Part shown: piece after piece, positions 11,999-23,456 of the stretch | Layout of the letters: every line of letters begins with the position of its first letter | Position numbering within the stretch: position 1 is the first letter of the stretch | NCBI GenBank assembly: GCA_963825865.1 | Contig: CAWGVG010000036.1 | Coordinates: 1-64,000 of the forward strand | Length of the DNA: 64,000 bases | Reading direction: 5' to 3' | DNA from: an uncultured Nitrososphaeraceae archaeon | GTDB taxonomy: Archaea > Thermoproteota > Nitrososphaeria > Nitrososphaerales > Nitrososphaeraceae | The notes under the pieces: model-generated | What the model saw: only the letters and a program-made list of their open reading frames with translations | What the model was told of the DNA's origin: nothing | Databases searched by the model: none | Made by a program: the position numbers and the translations under genes

Positions 11999-12178
11999 TC
12001 ATTTCTTCGTGCTCCTTGCTTTTGTTCTTAATTTATGTCCACAGCAAGGACATGACAATCCATCCCAGTTCAGAAATACAGAGCAAACCTGACATCGGCG
12101 CTGCCCATTAACATAACGACCCAAATGATAAGATGGTTTTTGTGCTTTGTATCGTGAACAGACACCTTTACATGACAA
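11999..12178 (-). CDS. Small Cys-rich Zn-ribbon protein (59 aa, thaumarchaeal family), not in ORF track
   Basis: TTG start; MSCKGVCSRYKAQKPSYHLGRYVNGQRRCQVCSVFLNWDGLSCPCCGHKLRTKARSTKK*. Confidence 0.8.
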   Translation of the reverse strand: MSCKGVCSRYKAQKPSYHLGRYVNGQRRCQVCSVFLNWDGLSCPCCGHKLRTKARSTKK

Positions 12179-12369
12179 GTTCTATCTATTTCTCACACTT
12201 ATACGATCGCAAAGAACAAACACTTTAAACTCTTGCGGACCTTTGTTATTCCAACCATTAATCTCCGGTCTCTCTATCCCCAAGAATAATACCTTAGCGC
12301 ATTTTAAAAAATAATAACATTATGAGTGGGGAATATGAATCGTTTTTCTGCTGACAAAAATTCACCATC

Positions 12370-12430
12370 ATCCGACGAAAGTTAACACACTAAAAATCTA
12401 GAAAATCCGACGGTAAGTTAACAGAACCCA
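12370..12430 (-). mobile_element. Isolated IS6-like end
   Basis: Reverse complement reads GGGTTCTGTTAACTTACCGTCGGA with an internal repeat TCCGACG..AGTTAACA; similar GGGTTCTGTCAACTTATCGTC at 62837. Confidence 0.5.
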
Positions 12431-12519
12431 AATTAATAATAGTTATATACTAAAGCTCGTTTTGGGGTTTTCATAATTTCGTTATTAGTAGTATAAATAA
12501 TTGCGCCCTTTATTATTTT

Positions 12520-12840
12520 TCCATCACTCTCCCTGCTTGGATATCTTTTGTTCTTTTTTCATGCAATTCATCATACCGTTTCTTTTTTTTCTTTCTATTG
12601 TTCCTAGGATTTTCATAAACAGCATTATTAAAGCCAAAATAACCTAATACAGTTTCTGCAGCATCAAGTATCATTTCTCTGTATTTATCCTTGTCATAAT
12701 AATTCGAGTACTCTTTTCCTCCTTACCGTCTTTTCTCCTACTTTTTGTAAAATCTCTAAAGGCACAACTCTGCAAAGGGGATTGTTGTGTTTTGAATTTG
12801 TGTAGATATACTGGATAGTGTCGCCTTGTGTCGACGCAAA
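12520..12840 (-). pseudogene. C-terminal fragment of a B-family (PolB2-like) DNA polymerase
   Basis: Minus-strand translation GDTIQYIYTNSKHNNPLCRVVPLEI..YDKDKYREMILDAAETVLGYFGF resembles the PolB thumb end. Confidence 0.55.
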
Positions 12841-13002
12841 CTTGCTAAACTGAAAAATCAAGGAATAATAAAAGTTTGAATTTATGTAAAATGAAGCAAG
12901 ATCTAATTAGGCAAAACTAGTATGATGTGTGCGGTATCTTAAAACTAAAATTGGGAAAATCTATGCAATAGTTATGGTAGCTTAGTTGAATATCAAATAA
13001 GA

Positions 13003-14411
13003 TCATCCTAAATCTATGTTTATTCCTGATTCTTTGAGACTATTTTCGACCTCTTTAATAATGTTATCTGCAAGTCCATTTTCATCGCTGCTGCTGCCTA
13101 CCACTACTAGCGCTGCTGCTCCTACCACTACTAGCGCTGCTGCTACTACCACTACTGTCACGAACCTTATGTACCTTTATCTTACTACCTGAATCATCAT
13201 TACTGCTACTAGCGCTGCTGCTCCTACTGCTCCTACTACCACTACTGTCACGAACCTTATGTACCTTTATCTTACTACCTGAATCATCATTACTGCTACT
13301 AGCGCTGCTGCCTGCTACTGCTGCTACTACCACTACTGTCACGAACCTTATGTACCTTTATCTTACTACCTGAATCATCATTACTGCTACTAGCGCTGCT
13401 CCTCGCTGCTACTGCTGCTACTACCACTACTGTCACGAACCTTATGTACCTTTATCTTACTACCTGAATCATCATTACTGCTACTAGCGCTGCGCTGCTG
13501 CTACTACTACCACTACTGTCACGAACCTTATGTACCTTTATCTTACTACCTGAATCATCATTGCTACTATGATGAGCGATTGCTGATTTAGTACTGGTGT
13601 CATCAGCTTTGTTAGCCGATTTACTACTAATACCTAGGTAAAGCAACTTACCGGAATCCAGAGTATTTGTAGGTGTTGATGCAGTATGAGGAGGAAAAGG
13701 AGGTGTACTAACACTATTTACTATGGCAGTAGTATTATTGTTGCCCACAGTTAATGATGGCTTGTCTTGTGGTGTTATTTTATTGGGATTACCATTATAA
13801 GGAATGGTCGCATTATTCCTTGTTGTCATTGTTTGTTGCTTTTGTTGTTGTTGTTGTTGTAGTAGTACATTAGCAGTAGGTGTTGTTGATGTTGTTGTTG
13901 TCGAAGTGGTATCCATCACCCCAGTAACGTTTACACTAGAATAAGTTGGTGATAGCATGGCTGGGTTGTCTGTACAAGTATACTTTGCAGTAATTCTGTT
14001 ATCTGCTCCTGGCTTGATTGTAGTATAATTAGAGGTGAGTACAAAGTTCCACTTTGAGTAGTCGTTAGCTCCTCCTCCTCCTGTGCCTGCTGCAGTGGCT
14101 GGTTGATAGGGCCTTACATGATTTACGCTCATAGATACTTGACAATTAGAGGTTGCATTGTCTATAGATGTTCCAGATATTGTAAGATCTTTTCCTACTG
14201 GTATCTGTTGACCTTTAGTAGGTGATATTATTTTAACAGCTTTAGGGGAGGCTGTCGATGATGATGGTGATTGCGATGGTATATGTGGTGGTGTATTTGT
14301 TGATGATGATGGCATCTGCTGTTGAGCATATATAGTAATTGTATTTGTCAACAAAACAACAAAGAGAAATAAGCCAAGAACCAGTGCTATAGTGAAAAAT
14401 ATGGTATTCAT
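13003..14411 (-). CDS. Secreted/surface low-complexity protein with Ig-like domain and Ser-rich tandem repeats (frameshifted within repeats)
   Basis: Hydrophobic N-terminus; AVKIISPTKGQQ..NCQVS..NRITAKYTC domain; probable tail NGLADNIIKEVENSLKESGINIDLG* ending 13003; paralogue at 56212. Confidence 0.7.
13098..13565. repeat. Coding VNTR: five ~90-bp units (SSNDDSGSKIKVHKVRDSSGS + variable Ser/Ala linker)
   Basis: Core CTACTGTCACGAACCTTATGTACCTTTATCTTACTACCTGAATCATCATT at ~13152, 13242, 13333, 13426, 13513. Confidence 0.95.
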
Positions 14412-14803
14412 ATTTTCTCAATGATACCATCAGTATATTTGACTTGAGTAAGTTACTACTGTTTTATTTAATATAATTTATTGCTAACTTATTTCGTAGA
14501 ACTATCGAGTATATTAAATAAGGTATAATTATTTATTGAACTATCGATGATATCATTTATTGTAACCAAATGATAATAAATAAAATGAGTAACAAAACTA
14601 CTATATATTCTGTTAATAATGATACGATTTTAAAAAAGGCTATACCAATAAGGGCTGTCTTTTACTACATGTAGCCAGGCTGACTAAAAGCAGTGGAATA
14701 TAGCCGCGGGCCGTATATTTAACTACATTCTTGGCTAAAATGAACAGATCTATAATTATAATGTATGTAGAGGGGGGGCCAGTCATATATCATATAATAT
14801 AGA

Positions 14804-15844
14804 ATGATGCTAAATAGAAAAGAGAAAGAACAACGTGTCATTGAGCTTTATCAACAAGGCAAAAACATTAGAGAAATTGCCCACGAGGTCCATATGTCAT
14901 TTGCTGATATAGGAGCTATTGAAAGAAAAGTCAAAGGGTTGCAAGATGACGATAATAATAATTCAAAAGAACAACAAGATAACATGGCCCATACCACCTT
15001 ATCCAAAGACTCGCAAGCTTTCGCATTGTTTTCAAATGGTAAAAAGCCTATTGAAGTGGCTGTTAAATTAGATCTGAAAGCTGATGTTGTAGATAAATTA
15101 TACCAACAGTTTTGGAAACTTGAAGGACTTTATCAATTAAATTTAGTCTATAAAGAAATAAAGCGCTATCTTCCGTCATTCTTAAATTTATTCAAGGTAA
15201 TGAAACAGCAAAAAATAATGAGTGAAAAAGATGTGGTAGATGCTTTGAAATTTGGCAAGGAATTGCCACACATTAAAGATCAATTTCAATTATTAGTTGA
15301 GGAAATAAACAACCTTGAGTATAAAAGAAATGGTCTCAGAACTGTTTTATCAGCTCTGCAAAATCAAATTACTGCGAGCAAGGGATTCATTGAAATCCTT
15401 TCAATCGATATTAGACCAAAAAATACAAAATATGGCAGAGACAGATAAAAAATTAGCACAGTTAGAGAATATAAAGAATATTAATAAAGATTATCAAAAG
15501 ATTGAAAGGGTAGCTGAACAAAAAGCAAATGATATTTTGAACAATAGAAAGGCAGTAGTATTTGCAGCCGTTATAGCTGTTTTAGAGGCCTTGAGAAATC
15601 GTCCTGACAAACAGCAGCTTTTGATTTATGACTTTTTCTATCCATTAAATAATAATGGCGCTGCTGATACATTAACCAAAATGATGTCTTCATCGGCAGG
15701 AAATCCGAAAATTATCTTTCTATGTCATTTCATCATAAAGAGATATTGAAGATGGCTGAAGGGCTTTATGACGAATTGTTAAAAGCCGCTGTTAACAATG
15801 CGACATATTCTCTCGAATCAACATCAACTCACCAATTTCGCTGA
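14804..15844 (+). CDS. N-terminal HTH + long coiled-coil protein (frameshifted)
   Basis: VIELYQQGKNIREIAHEVHMSFADIGAI HTH; SQAFALFSNGKKPIEVAVKLDL second HTH; paralogue of 27730-28899. Confidence 0.7.
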
Positions 15845-15889
15845 AATAATCAGATAATCTATAAGAGCAATTCTGAGTCCCATCGCAGT

Positions 15890-16690
15890 ATGCCACTAAT
15901 TCGGCTAAAATATGGGCACACTTTGGAATCTCAGATTGGGGTTTGATAAAATGTGTAACTATTCCCCTATCATATATTTTTGCAAGTCCAGACTTTACTT
16001 TATCATCGTCTTCATACTCTCTTGGTTTTACGACTGAGATGTAAAACTGGTCAGCACTCCTCACCGGTGATTCTAAAATGATCTTTGATGAAATGTCAGG
16101 ATTAGCAAAGATATCCATAAGAAGAAACGGATATTCTGAAGATATATCAAAGATTACAATCTTGGTATCTTGGCTATGCAATAATATTTTTCTTAGAATA
16201 TTAGAGAGGAGGTTACTTTTACCACCTCCAGTAAAAGAAAAGATGCCGAAATGATATCTTATCATGCTATCAAAGTTAACATAAATTGGAATTTTTTGGT
16301 CTGAATTCTCAAACATCTTTATTAATCCAACTCTTGGGTCTTTTTTTGCTTCAGAAAAAGTTCCCTTCAAGTCCCAGTGCATCTTGTCTAAAACTTTACG
16401 ATTATACATTTCACTGACAGTTGTTGCGTTAAGTATGTGTATACTCCATCGCCGATCAGAGGATATGAGAAACCTTTGATGTATTGATGGTTGTTGTTAA
16501 TATTAGTGCGGATATCCTTTCCCTAGTAACACCATCGCTACTTCCATTACCATTGACAACCAAATCGTAATTGACAGGTATTGCACTTATCTGGATCATC
16601 ATAATTGATTTATCATCAGTGTTCCAGTCAGCAACAGATTGCTCTATGACTTCCTGAACATTGCTGGTAGATGGGTTCAATACTCATAGA
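15890..16690 (-). pseudogene. HerA/DUF87 ATPase internal fragment
   Basis: HFGIFSFTGGGKSNLL Walker A; IVIFDISSEY; truncated both ends. Confidence 0.75.
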
Positions 16691-16875
16691 AAGATTCATC
16701 AGTTTTGTGCTTAAATTTAGTTGCAAAGTGTCAGCAGATATCTGATTGAGTGACAATAAATTAAACATGTAAAATGGGCCCAAGGGAGTGTGAATCAAAT
16801 TTGACACAATATTTGGGCTCATGAGATAATATAGATAAATTCATTGGCGGTAAAAATAGCATACAATTGTAGGTC

Positions 16876-16940
16876 CGGGTTCGGTGGGATTGAGTACACT
16901 AGTGTACGTAATCCAAGTGTCTGACGGGTTCGGTGGGATT
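16876..16940. repeat. Two 16-bp direct repeats enclosing a perfect palindrome
   Basis: CGGGTTCGGTGGGATT at 16876 and 16925; GTACACTAGTGTAC at 16894-16907. Confidence 0.85.
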
Positions 16941-17262
16941 CAGAACAAATTTGACTCATTTTTGCCACCCAGAAGAAGCTGAATAACATTACTTTCCCTT
17001 TAGAATACAACGATCCCGTCTCCCTTTGTAGCACCAATTCTTTTAAAGAACAGCGCTAAATGAAGACAATGAGCCTAGAGGATGCTCTAACCAAAGAAAT
17101 TCAGTCATGGAAAGGCTTTGAATATCCTCTGAGAGAGGAACCTGAAGTAATTGATAAATCCTATTACTATCATGATGAAAAACACTAGACATTAGGAGAT
17201 TTCGGTACAGCGGATAAGTTAAGAACTGCTTTTATATCGATAGAATGTTTTATTGTAGTTAA

Positions 17263-18412
17263 GTGTTATTAGAAAATCCTCTCTGTAAATTACTCAGCAT
17301 TCGCTATCCTATTATCCAAGCAGGTATGGCAGGACAAACAACTCCTGAATTAGTTGCAGCAGTATCTAATGCAGGTGGTCTTGGTACCATTGGAGCAACA
17401 CGAATGACACCTGAGAAACTTTTAGATGCAGTTAGAAAAATTAAGATGATTACTACAAAACCATATGGTGTTAATTTGTGGTTGGGGCCTCAGGAGAGGA
17501 AAAGGATCAAGATATATCCTCGGTACAGCAATTTTTGGATCAGAAATTTCGCAAACCACTTGGTCTTCCGTTGAAATCAGTATCATTACCAGAATGTGAC
17601 AATAAGGTTGCCACCTCCATCAAAATTGTCTGAACAACTACAAATAATATTAGAAGAAAAAGTTCCAATAGCAAGTTTTGCAATGGGCGATCCTGTAAAA
17701 TATGTTGATCAAATTCATTCTACCGGTGCTAAGATAATATCAATGGTTACAAACGTAGAAGATGCAATTAGTGTGGCTAAGAATGGCTCCGATATTGTGA
17801 TGGCACAAGGATCAGAAGCAGGCGGGCATAGATCTATATTTGACAACAACGGCGCACTTGATGATGGTTATGAAAATATTCCACTAATTGGAACTATGGC
17901 TTTAGTTCCTCAAATTGTAGATGCATTAAAAAAAGAAATACAGGCTAGATCTATCCCTGTTGTTGCAGACTGGTGGAATAGCAGATGGTCGAGGACTTCT
18001 TGCTCCCTTAGCATTGGGAGCATCAGGGATTGCAATTGGGACACGTTTTTTGGTATGCCGTGAAAGTGGTGCATTGCAAGGATATCGCGAACGTTTACTC
18101 TCTTCTACCGAAACCAATACAGTTGTAACTAAAGCTTTCACAGGAGTTCCTGCTAGAGTATTGAGTAATAATTTTGTAAAGGAATATGCAAAATCAGAAT
18201 TAGAACCCCTTAGATGGCCTCTACAACGTTTCGTTACTAATGATATCTATGAAAATGCTCAAACTAAAGATGATGCAAATTATTACCCTCTTTATTCAGG
18301 ACAAGGCTTACGCATGCTTAAGAGAAATCAGAGTGCTGAAGAAGTAGTAAATGAGATAATGATACAAGCCAAAGAACGTTTATTGATGGTAGAAAGACAG
18401 ATGGAAAAATAG
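17263..18412 (+). CDS. Nitronate monooxygenase family flavoprotein (two frameshifts)
   Basis: YPIIQAGMAG, AAVSNAGGLG, AQGSEAGGHR, GGIADGRG, GTRFL, LYSGQG. Confidence 0.92.
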
Positions 18413-18654
18413 ATCCATATTATAAATGAGTGCTAGAAATGATATTTGTCTATCCTGGTTTAAAGCAATATGCAAAAAGAATACGTACAAGAGATTTTGA
18501 TAATGTAGGCTTTGACCTTTTATCAGCTTTTAAGAATGTATGAGATAAGACATACAACTAGAGTATCTACGATACATAGGCCAGTCATCGCACTTGTTTC
18601 TCCTCTCTAGGCATGAATTGCGAATGCTTCGAAGGAAAAAGACTGCTAGCTATG

Positions 18655-18835
18655 TCATCTTTTGCTAGGAGAAGTCGTGTTTGTAATCAATGAACTTGTT
18701 GTATTTGCTGATCCTCCTCCTAACGTGGAGGTAGTAGCAGTAGTAGTAATATAGGGATGTAAAAGACCAGAGTGAGCTTCAAGCCATGAATAAAGATCTG
18801 CCAAAGTATAGTCTTCGATAGGTCCAGATTTCTGA
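18655..18835 (-). pseudogene. C-terminal fragment of secreted alpha/beta hydrolase family
   Basis: GPIEDYTLADLYSWLE homologous to GQMEEYVFQDIYEWLT of the 3534 ORF, then Thr-rich tail. Confidence 0.6.
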
Positions 18836-19104
18836 TATAGTATTAACAATTATATCTATGACTCTTTCAGAATCATTTCTATGGAATACCCTTATTTTAA
18901 CGCCTTGAGACAAGAACTAGCCTTTTTTGAGTTAGTTCTAAAATAAGTATTTGTTGTTTTGTATTAATCACACAAATTAAATTTATAATATGTAATTTAC
19001 GCACACACATACATCTGATAGATATTCAAACAACTTGACAAGTCAATAATTGACTTTTATTATTGTCATTATGTATACACACTCACATCTATCACTGCAA
19101 TCTA

Positions 19105-19728
19105 TCAAACAATCAAACGAGTAACAATACCCAAGACAGGTTGTTCTCCAAAATGATTTTGGGTATCTTTATCATTTAATCTAATAGCGATTGTATTGCC
19201 TTTAGAAATCAATATTGATACATGTGCATTATGCCATACAATTACACCATTTATTTTGACATCAACAGTCCCATTGACTGATAGGCTATTGTCTGGTGTT
19301 AGTTGAACTATTTGTGGACTAGCTTTTTTGAAGTTTGTTATTTGGTGAATATGTGGTTTTGTTCCATCCATCGGTGAGGCAAGAAAGTTTGCAGCAAAGT
19401 TTGTTACGTTTCCTTTATGAACACTCAAATTCCACTCTCCTGATAAAATAACTTTAAACGCATTAGTTATGTTAAATCCAGCAGCAGATTCAGGAATTGT
19501 AATAACCAAGGAACTTATTGTTCCTATTGCAGAGAAAGTCTCTTGTCGAGCTTTTGGTATTGATGATGCTGATGATGACGATGTATTTGTAAGTGCAAAT
19601 GCTTTATTATAATCAGTATGGTTACTGCTGTTATCAATAACTACTACAGCTAGCGTCATTATTAATATTGACAAAGACAAATATAATACAGAAAAAGTTC
19701 TACTAGACATTTTACTTAGTTTCAACAC
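19105..19728 (-). CDS. Secreted hypothetical protein (beta-rich)
   Basis: Signal peptide, Ser linker, LSGEWNLSV..HIHQITNF..NHFGEQPVLGIV. Confidence 0.7.
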   Translation of the reverse strand: MLKLSKMSSRTFSVLYLSLSILIMTLAVVVIDNSSNHTDYNKAFALTNTSSSSASSIPKARQETFSAIGTISSLVITIPESAAGFNITNAFKVILSGEWNLSVHKGNVTNFAANFLASPMDGTKPHIHQITNFKKASPQIVQLTPDNSLSVNGTVDVKINGVIVWHNAHVSILISKGNTIAIRLNDKDTQNHFGEQPVLGIVTRLIV

Positions 19729-19943
19729 ATTTGTGCCAGTAAATGTAATATGCGTTTATGTGCTAAACTGCTGCCTGTTTAGTAGCACCTTGCTTGTTGT
19801 TGAATTATCGCCATGGATCATAACCCTGGTGGAAAGTCGTACATAGAAGGTATATTATCCTGTGGCTCATAGTGCTATCTCTTGATGTGGAGAACAAATT
19901 TGTTTAAAAGACCCTTTTATAACGGCGTCACTAAAAAATTACA

Positions 19944-20327
19944 ATGAATAAGAAATATGTTTATTATCTCCTTATCGCTGTTAGTGGAGTCCTATTTGCC
20001 TTTTATTTTTATAACACTCAGATAAACAAACCTAAATTTGGATTAGAAGTAGATCCAACAAAGGATACTACAGATATCTCTGGAATACAATATAGAATAA
20101 GGTTAGTAAATGTAGGGATAAAGCAACTTACAGGAATCGTCGTTGATTTAGGAAAAAATGATGTTCAGCGGTTATCACTTCTTGACCCTGGTCAGACATA
20201 CTATTTTTATCCAAAACCTGATACCGTAGTGAGCAATGTAAGGGTCATCACAAAGGAAGGAATACATGTGCAGGCCAATTATCGATCACCAACAAAAGTT
20301 CTTGGATTGCCTGGAGCAGGAAGATAA
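19944..20327 (+). CDS. Membrane-anchored hypothetical protein
   Basis: Clean 127-aa ORF, single N-terminal TM, TATA-like TTTTATAA upstream. Confidence 0.7.
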   Translation: MNKKYVYYLLIAVSGVLFAFYFYNTQINKPKFGLEVDPTKDTTDISGIQYRIRLVNVGIKQLTGIVVDLGKNDVQRLSLLDPGQTYYFYPKPDTVVSNVRVITKEGIHVQANYRSPTKVLGLPGAGR

Positions 20328-21149
20328 TATATTGAGATAATTTTATGATATAATGGATTATTTTATTCTGTTTTGATAGTAGTAAGTGCCAATAGGTACA
20401 TTTGTGTATTAACTTTGAAAAATCAAATGCTGCATCCTTTTACTTTGTACAGAAAATCTACGAGTTATTGATCGTTTGTTTGTTTTTATATCTCTAGTAG
20501 TCCAATGAGCTTGATCAGTTAAGTTCGGTGCTAATTCAATAATGACATGTCCTTTTTTTCGTATGTGGATCATATAATAATAATGATATGATGATTTTAT
20601 TTATTTTCTGGTTCATTTTCACATTCCAAACCAACTTTCATTTCGGGTCACTTACGAAATCCATTCTTATCAAGTGCACCGGGTTTGCCGCCATCAACTT
20701 TATTACTTTAATATCGACTGACCGACTTACTGCTTTGGTTTTTGCAACCAATCAACTAAGCAATTTGTCAATCAAATTACCTGAACTCTTTACAATAGTG
20801 ACAAAAGCCACAATAGGGGCAGATTGGATTCGGAAGCGTTGGATAAAATTCAAAATACCAGTTTTAAATTCACAAATTATTTCTTTGGTTTAAATTGATC
20901 AGTACTAATGACAGAGGCAGTATTGATGTGGTAGATAACCTGCTCGTCTTCCAGCCCCCTGTAAAGGTTGATGAGCGGGCCTAAATCTGCGCGTTTCGCC
21001 GCCTATGATCGCGACCATCAAAGGCAATCCAAGCAGACCAGCACTGACGAATGAGCCAAACAGTTTCATGATATACTCAAACACAACAAACTTGAAATGG
21101 GAAAAATTGCTATCAAATATAGTTGGCATAACTAAGATGTACTATGCTA

Positions 21150-21584
21150 TTATCTTAATTCTTCTAGTAGCTGTTCCTTTATCCTCTTAGCTAATTCATC
21201 TATTGAGATTGGCTTTCTTGTGAAACAGCTTTTGCTTTGGTTGGGAAAGGCTGTTTTAAATTCATCAGTATATGATTCAAATGCTGACATAAAACAGACT
21301 TTTATTTTATTATCTATCTTACTCATGTGTCAATATAGTTCAAATCCATTTATCTTTGGCATTTTAACATCGAGAAGCAACAGGTCATAAATACCAGTTT
21401 TAAAATTTGATAATGCTTCTGCGGGATCAGTGAAAGCGACTACTTCAAATCCATTACTTTGAAGTCCTCTTTTTGCAACTGAAATAATATCTGGTTCGTC
21501 GTCTACAAGCAAAATCCTGATCGGACTTTTAGCACTTATGTTTTTACTGATTTCGTTATCATCGTTATTGTTAATACTGCGCAA
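21150..21584 (-). CDS. Stand-alone response regulator receiver (frameshift ~21330)
   Basis: ILLVDDEPDI, LLLDVKMPKINGFELY, then VCFMSAFE..KKANLN/DELAKRIKEQL. Confidence 0.85.
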
Positions 21585-21993
21585 GTTTAAACAGAACTAT
21601 AAGTTTGCATCAACACTTTAACTGTTTCATCCCTTTTTATTATTATTGTCATATTTTTATAAATTCACCATCTGAAGATTAGTTTGATTTCAAACACTTT
21701 TTATTTAAATACTGAGGGTCATTCTTTGCCATATTTTTCATTACAATATCTACTGCGATTCTGATATAACAAAACACACCGGGATGACAATAGTATATTC
21801 CATCAACATTTTTTGGCAAAAAATGTAATATGTTATCTGATTAGTATTGTAAAGCAATACCAATTGTTCTGACAAATTAGTTTTATAACAATAGCTTTAG
21901 ATCGGTATAGAAAAATTTGAATATCTGTTCTATTGGTGTCACTATTTGCTTTCCCAATTAGGACAATAACAATAGCAGATAATTGAGAACAGA

Positions 21994-22488
21994 TTGGGGA
22001 CAAAGCAAGAGAAGCTGCCTGCTTATGCAAATTTGGGTACAGTATATCAAAGTCTTGCTGATTCTGTAAAGGCAATTGAATACAATGACAATGCCGTGAA
22101 TATTAGAAGAAATCTTATTGGCTCTGCTCTTAGTACCTCATCTCTCAACCTGTCAAGTAACTTCGATAGGGACCAAGAGCTGTACAAATCGTTTAAAAAA
22201 ACGTTGATGGAAGAACTGTGTACTAAGTATAAAGATTTTAGTAGAAATAAGGGCATATACGATCCTTTGTTCAGAATTGAAGATATAAGGAAAAAGCGCA
22301 ATGAAGGTGGATTTGGCATACTTGGTCTTGGAGATAGCTTATTAGAAGAAATGCTTCGAAGATTTGAACAAGAGTATCATTACATAATGCTTCAAAGTGA
22401 GGATAGAACTTTCAGTCTCACTGAAAAAGGTAAGCAATTTTGTAATTCAGACTGGGAAGATCTGAGAAAATATCTGCTTCGTCTTTAG
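21994..22488 (+). CDS. Hypothetical protein with N-terminal TPR remnant
   Basis: AYANLGTVYQSLADSVKAIEYNDNAVNI is one TPR; probably 5'-truncated. Confidence 0.5.
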   Translation: MGTKQEKLPAYANLGTVYQSLADSVKAIEYNDNAVNIRRNLIGSALSTSSLNLSSNFDRDQELYKSFKKTLMEELCTKYKDFSRNKGIYDPLFRIEDIRKKRNEGGFGILGLGDSLLEEMLRRFEQEYHYIMLQSEDRTFSLTEKGKQFCNSDWEDLRKYLLRL

Positions 22489-22649
22489 CTTCTTGGCAGC
22501 CCTAATGATGAAGAGAAAGAAGTATGGTCGCATTACCAATGGCAGTAAAACATATGTTATCAGATGATGATGGCTATAGCATAAGGAGTAATTATTTTAC
22601 TTTTCTCTGTCTCTATCACTTTGACAAGGTAGTAGTTAGTTATGATTTA

Positions 22650-23109
22650 GAGCCAAACGGCTTCTGCTACAGGACTATCAATTCTAGTCGGAGCCTTTCC
22701 TGAAGGCAAAGAAAGAAATCGCGCCCTAAGTGTTTTTGCGGCAGCGACGGGTTCAGGTTTTGCCGCTGGAATGATCCTGGGAGGGATAATCACAGCAACC
22801 TTGGGATGGAGATGGGTATTTGACATTAATGTGCCAATAGGAGTCATTGTATCATTGCTATCAATCAAGTACATTTCAAGTATTGTAAGGCGAACAGGTT
22901 CCTATGAAAACAGACGTCATCATCTAGATATTTTCGGGGCAGTTTCAGTAACAGCTGGGCTAATGTTACTTGTTTATTCTCTCGACAGTGCGCAGAATGT
23001 TGGCATCGGATCTCTTCAAACACTCGAGCTTCTTTTATCGTCAGTAATAGTCCTAGCTGCCTTTCTTTTGATAGAGTATCGCTCAAAGGCACCTCTTATG
23101 CCCCTTTAA
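22650..23109 (+). pseudogene. MFS (EmrB/QacA-type) transporter internal fragment
   Basis: FPEGKERNRAL..LGWRWVFDINVPIG..LDIFGA..IEYRSKAPLMPL. Confidence 0.85.
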
Positions 23110-23456
23110 CGGTTACTAACGTGTTTTGGAGTTTTTTTATAGAAAGTGATCTCAGGAGATTCGATTGCGTCTTTTTATTTATGTAAAAGATTTGGTAATA
23201 CCTGGGCAATCATGTACCATTACCAAATTAACATCTGGTCATCTTAACCCAGTTTCATGAATGATGTTTCTCCAATTTTTCTTGCTACAAGCGTGAAAAA
23301 AGCTATAGGTATTTTTGTCACATGCGGTGGAAGGATAGAAGAGTATGTTTATTATGTTCCTACGGACATTGTATCTCCTTTCGTCTGGTCATATTTGACT
23401 CAATTATGCCACCCACGTTAGAATAATGTGGATTTACAGAATGAAGAGTTATGGGA

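Noticed and set aside
13098-13565. CRISPR-like repeat/spacer appearance
   Set aside because: Constant part is ~60 bp, 'spacers' are CTA/CTG microsatellite variants, it reads as a protein repeat, and no cas genes are present
16876-16940. Mini-CRISPR (33-bp spacer)
   Set aside because: Only two repeats of 16 bp, spacer is itself palindromic, no leader or cas
20588-21190. ORFs 20588, 20905, 21005
   Set aside because: No motifs; overlapping, probably shadows of degraded sequence
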